Of a stretch of DNA of 35,946 nt, positions 9,573-15,803 are shown one piece after another. The position numbers and the translations under genes are program-made. How positions within the stretch are numbered: the stretch's first letter is position 1; each line of letters begins with the position of its first letter. Source of the DNA: an uncultured Clostridia bacterium (GTDB lineage Bacteria; Bacillota; Clostridia; Christensenellales; Borkfalkiaceae); contig CAMNIW010000001.1 in NCBI GenBank assembly GCA_946540675.1, positions 1 through 35,946 on the forward strand. Direction: 5' to 3'. The notes under the pieces were generated by a model. It was not told where the DNA came from and ran no database searches. It saw only the letters and a list, made by a program, of their open reading frames with translations.

Positions 9573-10773
9573 TCCTGCCGTTATTAAGGCGTGATTCTTC
9601 CGCAGCGAAAGCCATTACATGACTTTCAACGGAAACGTCTATATAAGTTATGCTTTTCACCTTTTCTCCGTTGAGCGTTTTCCATATATCGTTCATCATC
9701 GCCTGGTCTGCGCCGCTATGACCGCCAACGGTAAAATCGTTCTCCCACGTTATCACTTTGTTTTCATCTTTAAAAGGGTAAATTTCAATGCGATTTTTCT
9801 CCATTATCCCGCGCAATTCCGCTTTCGTTCCGTATATTTTTATATCACGGTAAATCTCTTTACTGAACGCCGCCATAGTATGCGCCACCGTAACGCCGTT
9901 TTCAAACTGCATTACCGTTACCTGATGATCTACAACGTCGTTATCGCAAAAGTAAACGCATCTGTCGTATTGCGATCTTTTCAAATCTTCGACAATCCCC
10001 TCTTTATCTTTCTTTACGGTAAAATACCCTCGAAAATTAACTTTATTAAAATCCGTATATAGATCCTGCGCTTTGTACAGGCAGTCCTTTACGGCACAAT
10101 CCGAACAGTATTCCGCGTGATTTTCGGGCGCGTTTTCTCTCTTGAAAAACGTAAGACTTCCGTAAGATGAAACGTATCTGCAACTTTTGCCTATCAACCA
10201 TCTGAAAATATCCATGTCATGACAGCATTTCGCCAATATCATAGGGCTCGATTCTTTCGAATTGCGCCACGGTCCGCGCACGAACGAGTGTGCCTGATGG
10301 TAAAATCCCACGTTTTCACTTGCGTGAACGGATATTATTTCGCCTAAAATCCCGCTGTCTATAATATCTTTTATTCTCGAATAAAACGGTGAATATCTTA
10401 AAACGTGGCATACTATCACCTTTCTACCGTAACATTTTGCCGCTTTATAAATATCCAGACAATCCTTTTCGTTATTCGCAATGGGCTTTTCAAGCAACAA
10501 ATCGTAACCCGCTTTCATAAATGCAACGGCATGTTCTTTATGGTATTTATCCGGCGTGGAAATTATCGCAAGATCTGCCGTTATATCGTTTTTTAACATT
10601 TCGCGATAATCGGAAAATACCGGACAGCCAAATGTCTCTGCCGCCTGTTTTAATCGTTTGGCGTCGCTGTCTATTACTGCCGCAACGGTAAACTTATCCG
10701 GATTTATCAAAGCAAACGAACCGTATATCTGTCCACGCTGCCCATAACCTGCTATTATCAATTTCTTAACCAT
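9538..10773 (-). CDS. Gfo/Idh/MocA family NAD(P)-dependent oxidoreductase
   Basis: 411 aa. N-terminal Rossmann motif KKLIIAGYGQRGQIYG. EKP motif (LLLEKPIA) typical of the family. AAGGTG RBS upstream. Confidence 0.85.
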   Translation of the reverse strand: MVKKLIIAGYGQRGQIYGSFALINPDKFTVAAVIDSDAKRLKQAAETFGCPVFSDYREMLKNDITADLAIISTPDKYHKEHAVAFMKAGYDLLLEKPIANNEKDCLDIYKAAKCYGRKVIVCHVLRYSPFYSRIKDIIDSGILGEIISVHASENVGFYHQAHSFVRGPWRNSKESSPMILAKCCHDMDIFRWLIGKSCRYVSSYGSLTFFKRENAPENHAEYCSDCAVKDCLYKAQDLYTDFNKVNFRGYFTVKKDKEGIVEDLKRSQYDRCVYFCDNDVVDHQVTVMQFENGVTVAHTMAAFSKEIYRDIKIYGTKAELRGIMEKNRIEIYPFKDENKVITWENDFTVGGHSGADQAMMNDIWKTLNGEKVKSITYIDVSVESHVMAFAAEESRLNNGRNVEITLDKEND

Positions 10774-10811
10774 AAAAACACCTTATTCTTACAAGTTTTA
10801 TTGGTAGAATT

Positions 10812-10840
10812 ATTTTACATAATTTTTATTTCGTTTTCAA
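10812..10840 (-). promoter_or_regulatory. Candidate sigma-A promoter for the 10773..7263 operon
   Basis: The minus strand reads TTGAAA - 17 nt - TAAAAT, about 35 nt upstream of ATG 10773. Confidence 0.4.
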
Positions 10841-10895
10841 TATCGTTAAAAGACATCTTTTTTTTATTTTGTCTTTTTTTTACAACATGTTGCCC

Positions 10896-10924
10896 TTGAC
10901 AAAACTCGCATTTTCGGTTAAAAT
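10896..10924 (+). promoter_or_regulatory. Candidate sigma-A promoter for the AraC-family gene
   Basis: TTGACA (10896-10901) - 17 nt - TAAAAT (10919-10924). This implies a very short leader before ATG 10941. Confidence 0.5.
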
Positions 10925-10940
10925 GAAAAAAGGTAAATTT

Positions 10941-11876
10941 ATGGAGTACACGCGAGACATAATTTGGAATTTGAATAATACCAAAATATTTTGCACGGAT
11001 TATATTCACTATATCCAATCCGAAGAACTTAATTTATATGAACCCGATATAGTTAAAGCGCGCAATTTATACAGAAAGATTGAGTTTTTCAGGAAGAATA
11101 TAACGCTCCATAAACACTATTCTCTCGAAATTCAATTTATAATAAACGGAAATCTCAAAATATTCACTAACGATAAAGAATACACTGTTGATAAAGGAAA
11201 CATTATAATTATACCGTCCGGAGTAAATCATTGTTGTTTTAATCTCAGTAATAATTTCGAAAGATGTTCTTTTTTATTTTCATTAAAAAATCTCACGGAT
11301 AAAATCGGTCAGGAATTCCAGTTTCTCGACCATCTCGCCTCTTACGATAAATTAGGCATTTTTCCCATGAATGAACAGGATATCTATATCCTTCAACACA
11401 TAAACGCTTATATGTCGGAAGCGCCGTCTTTTTACAACACGCATATTACGCAATCATTGTTGACGATACTTCTTTTCCGTTTAATCCAAAAGGTACTTCC
11501 GGAACAAGCGCAGGACTATAATTACGACAACACTCTTGACTCGCAGGCCCAAAGAAAATCAAAAATAGAACACTTCCTATATTCCGTACGAGATAAAAAC
11601 CCTTCACTGAAAGACGTTGCAATATATCTCGGATTGAGTTCTAGGCAAACCGCGCGAATAATTAGCGATTATTTTCAAATGCCGTTTTCGAAACTCGTAG
11701 TGAAAATAAAAATGGAAGAAGCCAAATATCTTATCGAAAACACGGATCTCAATATAAATATCATTTCAAGTTCGTTAGGCTACACATCCTATTTTACGTT
11801 CTATAAAACGTATAAAAAGTATTACGGGCACGCCCCGTCGAAAAAAATTCCGAAAAACGAAAAAGCAGGCGAGTAA
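10941..11876 (+). CDS. AraC family transcriptional regulator (cupin-like sensor + C-terminal HTH)
   Basis: C-terminus ...YLGLSSRQTARIISDYFQMPFSKLVVKIKMEEAKYLIENTDLNINIISSSLGYTSYFTFYKTYKKYYGHAPSK is a typical double-HTH AraC domain. N-terminal IIIIPSGVNHC is cupin-like. The ORF track start 10869 lies upstream of the predicted promoter. Starts at 10923 or 10941 are more plausible; the exact start is uncertain. Confidence 0.85.
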   Translation: MEYTRDIIWNLNNTKIFCTDYIHYIQSEELNLYEPDIVKARNLYRKIEFFRKNITLHKHYSLEIQFIINGNLKIFTNDKEYTVDKGNIIIIPSGVNHCCFNLSNNFERCSFLFSLKNLTDKIGQEFQFLDHLASYDKLGIFPMNEQDIYILQHINAYMSEAPSFYNTHITQSLLTILLFRLIQKVLPEQAQDYNYDNTLDSQAQRKSKIEHFLYSVRDKNPSLKDVAIYLGLSSRQTARIISDYFQMPFSKLVVKIKMEEAKYLIENTDLNINIISSSLGYTSYFTFYKTYKKYYGHAPSKKIPKNEKAGE

Positions 11877-11973
11877 ACACGCGTTTGATTTTTGATTTTG
11901 CGAAAACTTGTCTGACTTTGCGCCCCGCCGTATAAGGCGTTCGCCTGGAGATTTGCCCCCTGGGGGGTATTAG

Positions 11974-12200
11974 TCACGAATTGTTTTTGAAAGTTTCTCT
12001 CCACTCGTCAAACGGGATAACATCAAAGCAGTGTCTATACCCATGCCCGAGCACGAACTCGTAACTGTATCTGATTACGCCTTTTGTCTCTTCTCTTCGA
12101 AAAACACCTTGCGTCGATATTTTGGCGCAAATACTATGTGATACTTGCAATTCCATTTCGTATGTGCTAAACTATTTCCATTGAAAACTTCTTTTTTCAT
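11974..12200 (-). pseudogene. tnpA: IS200/IS605-family tnpA (Y1/HUH transposase) remnant, truncated and frameshifted
   Basis: ATG 12200 gives MKKEVFNGNSLAHTKWNCKYHIVFAPKYRRKVFFEEKRQKA*, carrying the hallmark IS200 TnpA N-terminus (SLAHT.WNCKYHIVFAPKYRR). A full TnpA is about 150 aa. Here the frame stops after 41 codons. Only a short, weakly TnpA-like tail (..GHGYRHCFDVIPFDEWRETFKNN) continues in another frame. Confidence 0.7.
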
Positions 12201-12270
12201 AATTCCTCCGTTTGTTGTATTAGTTGCTTCTGGCAGGTCGAAACTTCGATTATACACAAACGGAGGAATT
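12201..12270 (-). promoter_or_regulatory. RBS-sequestering stem-loop in the tnpA leader
   Basis: Perfect 15-bp inverted repeat aattcctccgtttgt (12201-12215) / acaaacggaggaatt (12256-12270) with a 40-nt loop. The arm next to the ATG contains the GGAGG Shine-Dalgarno sequence. Confidence 0.55.
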
Positions 12271-12295
12271 TTCTCAACGGTTAACCTTTACTACA

Positions 12296-12324
12296 CCCCC
12301 AGACTATCTGGGGGTTTATTGTTT
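12296..12324. other. Hairpin cccccag-actat-ctggggg followed by TTTATTGTTT (IS200 end-like hairpin, or a plus-strand terminator)
   Basis: 7-bp GC-rich stem with a 5-nt loop. The T-rich tail is on the plus strand only. It lies about 95 nt upstream of the tnpA remnant start. Confidence 0.45.
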
Positions 12325-12406
12325 CCACAACAAATAATTGCCGCCACGGAATTGCATCCGAAGCGGCAATTATCAAGTTTGACGACTTACGATAGCGCAT
12401 CTGCTT

Positions 12407-12595
12407 TTACTTATTTATATATCCGTCCGCCGTGACGGTGTAGTACATTTTAATGCCTTGGCGACCTGCTACGCTTATAAGCATATCAATCGCCGTGCGG
12501 TAATCTTTTACCGCTTCGGCATATCCGACCTTTACATAATGGTTATGATCCTTTATAAGTAGTGCTGGTTTTCGCTGTGCGTAGGCTTTTGTCAT
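12407..12595 (-). CDS. Small hypothetical protein (62 aa), no family recognised
   Basis: ATG 12595 is preceded by AAGAGG at 7-nt spacing and by TTGACA-N17-TATTTA on the minus strand. Product MTKAYAQRKPALLIKDHNHYVKVGYAEAVKDYRTAIDMLISVAGRQGIKMYYTVTADGYINK. The longer 106-aa ORF-track version runs through the AT-rich promoter region and is unlikely. A 9-bp-stem hairpin at 12347-12381 lies downstream. Confidence 0.5.
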   Translation of the reverse strand: MTKAYAQRKPALLIKDHNHYVKVGYAEAVKDYRTAIDMLISVAGRQGIKMYYTVTADGYINK

Positions 12596-12752
12596 GTGCT
12601 TACCTCTTTTGTTTTGTAAATAAAGTATACCGTAAACCGTGTCAAGAGCCCAGAGAAATGCACTCTTTTTTGCAATAATAATTTTATTTTTAAAAATATT
12701 TTTGCTAATTTTGTATAATTTTTGCAAAATTGATAAAAATAATTAAAAACGG

Positions 12753-12781
12753 TTGACTTTTTAGAGCCCGAGCAATATAAT
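12753..12781 (+). promoter_or_regulatory. Consensus-like sigma-A promoter of the ATPase/RloB operon
   Basis: TTGACT (12753-12758) - 17 nt - TATAAT (12776-12781). AGGTGAG RBS at 12791-12797. Confidence 0.6.
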
Positions 12782-12801
12782 GATAGTGCGAGGTGAGTGT
12801 T

Positions 12802-14070
12802 ATGATTATCGATTTCAAGTTTAAGAATTATTTATCATTCGCTGATGAATGTTGCTTTACTATGCTTGCTAATAAGGACAAATCCCACGAAGACGACTTG
12901 ATAGTTGAAGGAAAAGAACGCTTATCAAAGGCAAGAATAATCTATGGTGCAAACGCTTCGGGTAAATCTTCTTTTATAAAGGCTATGCTTTTTGTGTCCA
13001 CCTTTATCGCAAGATCAAATACTTTATTAGATAAAATGCCGATAGGTGTAATACCTTTTAAATTTTGTGATGATTGCTTTAACAATCCTACCGAGTTTTC
13101 TACTACATTTATTAAAGATAGTATAAAGTATGCTTATAAATTTAGTTGCACAAAAGAAAAAGTCATTGACGAAAGATTAGACGCATACTATACAGCAAAG
13201 CCGACAATGATTTTTAATCGAACTAATACGAATAATTATGAATTTAATCAAGATTCCAAAATCTTAAATGAATTAAAAGAACACAATTTAGAGAATAAAC
13301 TATTTTTGGTGACTTCTGCGTCTTGGAACTACAACAAAACAAAGCCCGTAGTTGACTATTTACTTAATACAATAATGGTTGCTATTAATATTGATGTATT
13401 ATGGAAAAATTGTTTAGATAGAATATATGCTAACAACGAAATAGAAGAATATAAGGAATTTTGCTTAAGAATCTTAAATAATGCTGACATCAGTATTAGT
13501 GATTTCAAGATGGAATCAAAAAAAGTTAAGGATTTTGGTAATAATGAAACTATTCAGGAATTACTTCGTATTGCAACTAAAGGCAATGAAGAAGTTCTTT
13601 CAGTTGTCGAAAATTCAAATATATATAACTTTATAACATTCCATAATGTAAAAAATGAAGAAAACACTAAGAAATATAGTTTAAATTTAAATGAAGAATC
13701 ATTTGGTACCGTGCAGATGTTTAAGTATTCTCCTTTACTTTACTATGTTTTTAAGGAAGGCAGAGTGCTGTTTATCGATGAGATAGATAAAAGTTTGCAC
13801 CCGCTTATGGTTGAATATCTAGTAAAAATGTTCTACGATAAGAATATTAACACAGGCAACGCTCAACTTATCGCAAATACTCACGACACAAACTTGCTTA
13901 ATCTGGACATTTTTAGAAGAGACGATATTTGGTTTACCGAAAGGGATTATGAAAGCGGAAAAACTGAAATGTATTCGTTGGCAGACTTTTCTCCTAGGAA
14001 ATCCGAAAACATTGAAAAGGCATATCTTTTAGGGCGCTTTGGTGCTATTCCATTTATAAAGGGGGAATAA
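12802..14070 (+). CDS. AAA_21/AAA_15-type ABC-like ATPase (RloA / AbiLi-like defence ATPase)
   Basis: The likely start is ATG 12802 (MIIDFKFKNYLSF...); the ORF track uses GTG 12793. Walker A GANASGKSS. Signature-like ESFGTVQMF. Walker B LFIDEIDKSLHP. H-loop ANTHDTNLL. C-terminal YLLGRFGAIP is typical of this family. Confidence 0.85.
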   Translation: MIIDFKFKNYLSFADECCFTMLANKDKSHEDDLIVEGKERLSKARIIYGANASGKSSFIKAMLFVSTFIARSNTLLDKMPIGVIPFKFCDDCFNNPTEFSTTFIKDSIKYAYKFSCTKEKVIDERLDAYYTAKPTMIFNRTNTNNYEFNQDSKILNELKEHNLENKLFLVTSASWNYNKTKPVVDYLLNTIMVAINIDVLWKNCLDRIYANNEIEEYKEFCLRILNNADISISDFKMESKKVKDFGNNETIQELLRIATKGNEEVLSVVENSNIYNFITFHNVKNEENTKKYSLNLNEESFGTVQMFKYSPLLYYVFKEGRVLFIDEIDKSLHPLMVEYLVKMFYDKNINTGNAQLIANTHDTNLLNLDIFRRDDIWFTERDYESGKTEMYSLADFSPRKSENIEKAYLLGRFGAIPFIKGE

Positions 14071-14071
14071 C

Positions 14072-14695
14072 ATGTCGCAGCGCACTAAAGAACATTTTAA
14101 GAGAAAACGAAAGCCGTCAATATTTATTGTTTGTGAAGGGCGAAATAAAACGGAGAGAACTTACTTTAACCATTTCAAAGAACGGACTGCTCCATACAAT
14201 TTGCATATAGTTGATTGCGAGGCTACGGACATATCAAGTATGGCAAAAAAGGCAGATTCCATTTTTATTGAGTATCAACTGGATTTAAAAATTGGCGATA
14301 GAGTTTATTGTTTAGTTGATTTGGATCTAGAACAATACAAATACGATAAATATGTTAAAGCAAAAAATAAATACAAGAGAATTGAAATAATTCCTTCAAA
14401 TCCTTGCTTTGAAGTATGGTTGCAGTATTATTTTACGAAACATCCAAAAGTTGTAAACTCTTCGCAGAAAGCAAAAGAAGAAACGGCTCGTTTTCTACCG
14501 AGCTATACGGAAAACATGGATGTAATTGCCGTAGCCGAATTAAGTTTAAATAAACATGTAATAGCAATCAATAATTCGGAAATCAAAAACGTCAATTATC
14601 CTCCTGAAAGCAAAGTGATTGAACGTAATCCTTATACAGAAATTGCGACAATAGTTGCGGAACTAATAAGTTATACAACAGAAAGATTAGCTTAA
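14072..14695 (+). CDS. RloB-like protein (Toprim-like nuclease partner; AbiLii-like)
   Basis: Its ATG lies 1 nt after the ATPase stop, indicating translational coupling. Motifs IFIVCEGRNKTERTYF, LVDLDLE (D.D) and SNPCFEVWLQYYF match my memory of the RloB family (CEG..TE..YF ... SNPCFE.W). Confidence 0.85.
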   Translation: MSQRTKEHFKRKRKPSIFIVCEGRNKTERTYFNHFKERTAPYNLHIVDCEATDISSMAKKADSIFIEYQLDLKIGDRVYCLVDLDLEQYKYDKYVKAKNKYKRIEIIPSNPCFEVWLQYYFTKHPKVVNSSQKAKEETARFLPSYTENMDVIAVAELSLNKHVIAINNSEIKNVNYPPESKVIERNPYTEIATIVAELISYTTERLA

Positions 14696-14720
14696 GGTCA
14701 CCAGAAATGGTGACCTTTTT
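14694..14720 (+). terminator. Intrinsic terminator of the ATPase/RloB operon
   Basis: Stem aaggtcacc / ggtgacctt with a 6-nt loop, followed by a T run. It begins at the stop codon. Confidence 0.75.
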
Positions 14721-14876
14721 GGTGACTTGATATTATTAAGCCGTATGAAAGTTGTTAAACGATATGAAAATTACGTAAATTATGGCGAGAAAACGGCGGA
14801 AAATATGCAAAATACGCAATTTAGGTATTTAGCAAACCCTACGTCAGGGTCAGATATATTCTCCTAAGGGTTAGTT

Positions 14877-14904
14877 ATGGGTTCGATTCCCGTCGGGAGT
14901 ACCA
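14877..14904 (+). other. tRNA 3'-end fragment (T-arm + acceptor 3' strand + CCA), not a complete tRNA
   Basis: atggg-TTCGATT-cccgt forms a T-arm. It is followed by cgggagt-a-CCA. No complementary 5' acceptor strand (actcccg or a G:U variant) or D/anticodon arms occur in the preceding ~80 nt. Confidence 0.6.
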
Positions 14905-14916
14905 TATTGAAAGAAC

Positions 14917-14948
14917 CAGATTGATACAAAATATCAGTCTGTTTTTTT
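14917..14948 (+). terminator. Intrinsic terminator immediately after the tRNA fragment
   Basis: 10-bp stem cagattgata / tatcagtctg (one G:U pair), loop caaaa, then TTTTTTT. Confidence 0.65.
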
Positions 14949-14976
14949 ATGGGCTCGAATCCTGCCGTTAGTCATA
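14949..14976 (+). repeat. Second, degenerate copy of the tRNA 3'-end fragment (72 bp downstream of the first)
   Basis: ttatgggCtcgaAtccTgccgTTagtCaTa aligns position-for-position with ttatgggTtcgaTtccCgtcgGGagtAcCa. Confidence 0.5.
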
Positions 14977-15052
14977 TTTTGTCAAAAATAGCACCAAAAG
15001 TAGGTTTTTCAGCCAATTTTCTTGGTGCTTTTTTCATTGTAAAATTTTAGTA

Positions 15053-15090
15053 GTGACGAAAGGGTGACGATTGGTGACGAAAGATGACGA
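15053..15090 (+). repeat. Four helically phased direct repeats (G)TGACGA
   Basis: gtgacga at 15053, 15064 and 15074, and atgacga at 15084 (spacing 11, 10, 10 bp). Related ggtgacc/ggtgact copies occur at 14709 and 14721, and ggtgacg at 15794. Confidence 0.6.
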
Positions 15091-15287
15091 AATCAAAAGT
15101 CATAAAAAGAGATAAGTCAATTATGATTGAACGTTTTATTGAATCTTTAAAAGGTATTGATGGACCACTTGTTAATTGGTCTGATGCGATTTGAATTGCT
15201 ACGATTGATAAAGCAGTAATTGGAACAAACTACATTGAATTTGAATTCAAAAATGGTAAAAAGAAAAAGATAGAGATTAACCACTAA
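15084..15287 (+). pseudogene. Probable C-terminal remnant of a large serine recombinase gene, with an in-frame TGA
   Basis: The frame reads MTKSKVIKRDKSIMIERFIESLKGIDGPLVNWSDAI*IATIDKAVIGTNYIEFEFKNGKKKKIEINH*. The tail (W.d......IdK..v......i.F.FknG....I.i) resembles the conserved C-terminal end of Firmicute large serine recombinases as I remember it. No catalytic domain is present anywhere upstream. Confidence 0.4.
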
Positions 15288-15360
15288 GGCATCATCCTTG
15301 CTTTGGTAATTTTTCAATGTACCAAAAATTGTACATTAAACAAAAAAATGTGCAAAAGGC

Positions 15361-15389
15361 TTGCTTGATTTTTGCGGGGGGGGTATAAT
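15361..15389 (+). promoter_or_regulatory. Candidate promoter with a G8 homopolymer in the spacer
   Basis: TTGCTT (15361-15366) - 17 nt - TATAAT (15384-15389). The last 8 spacer bases (15376-15383) are all G. The box tgtgcaaaagg abuts the -35 at 15349-15359. A 7-8-7 inverted repeat aatgtac/gtacatt lies at 15316-15337. Confidence 0.5.
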
Positions 15390-15443
15390 GAAAGTAGGTT
15401 AACACGATAACCGATATTTTATAATAATTGGAGGATGAAAATT

Positions 15444-15674
15444 ATGATGTCTGATGAAGAAATTTTAGTTGCTTACTTTGGTGGAAAGCCTCAATGGAGT
15501 GGAAACAAACTTTATAAGATTGGTGATATGAGAGTTGAATACTCTGGAACAAAATTATATAAAGTTGGTGGAGCAAGAATCGAATACTCTGGGAACAAAT
15601 TATATAGAATTAATGGCGAAAGAGTAGAATGGAGTGGAGATAAGGTTTATAAGATTGGAAGCAAAAGATTCTAG
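15444..15674 (+). CDS. Small protein made of four 15-aa tandem repeats (SG.KLYKIG..R.EY)
   Basis: GGAGG at 15430-15434 sits 9 nt before ATG 15444; the ORF-track ATG 15435 abuts the RBS. Repeats are WSGNKLYKIGDMRVEY / SGTKLYKVGGARIEY / SGNKLYRINGERVEW / SGDKVYKIGSKRF. The DNA period is 45 bp. A terminator follows. Confidence 0.6.
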   Translation: MMSDEEILVAYFGGKPQWSGNKLYKIGDMRVEYSGTKLYKVGGARIEYSGNKLYRINGERVEWSGDKVYKIGSKRF

Positions 15675-15698
15675 TATCTTAATTTTCACTAATGAGAG

Positions 15699-15722
15699 GC
15701 TGCTAGAAATAGCAGCTTTTTT
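15699..15722 (+). terminator. Intrinsic terminator after the repeat miniprotein gene
   Basis: Stem gctgct / agcagc with loop agaaat, followed by TTTTTT. Confidence 0.65.
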
Positions 15723-15803
15723 CTGTTCTAGTCGATAGAAAAAGAATTCAAAAAATGATATAATATATTATCATAATTGCATTTTGTGAAAGAGGTGACG
15801 TTG

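Noticed and set aside
11885-11905. Imperfect direct repeat tttttgattttgcg (left, about 11889) vs tttttgtgattttatgagc (right, about 17541) as att sites of the whole insertion
   Set aside because: The match is short, gapped and T-rich, so it is expected by chance. The left copy lies outside the compositional boundary, beyond the IS200 remnant.
11822-12004. ORFs 11822..12004(-), 12145..12435(+), 17286..17510(-), 17311..17556(+), 17632..17826(-)
   Set aside because: They overlap better-supported genes, remnants or terminators, lack an RBS, and their translations show no motifs.
12667-12728. TTTTTGC(A/T)A boxes in the ATPase control region as a defined operator set
   Set aside because: There are only three loose copies with irregular spacing (32 and 20 bp) in about 80% A+T DNA, which cannot be separated from composition bias by eye. 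They are mentioned under the small-ORF finding only.
14745-14867. 40-codon ORF (MKVVKRYENYVNYGEKTAENMQNTQFRYLANPTSGSDIFS) in the scar zone
   Set aside because: It has no Shine-Dalgarno sequence, no recognisable motif, and it runs into the tRNA-fragment region. It is most likely a chance ORF in AT-rich DNA.
14828-14904. Possible complete tRNA or tmRNA gene ending at the ...GGTTCGATTCCCGTCGGGAGTACCA sequence
   Set aside because: No 5' acceptor strand complementary to cgggagt exists, and no D-arm or anticodon arm can be drawn in the preceding ~80 nt. A tmRNA would need a GGGG... 5' end about 350 nt upstream, which falls inside the RloB coding sequence. It is therefore kept only as a 3'-end fragment.
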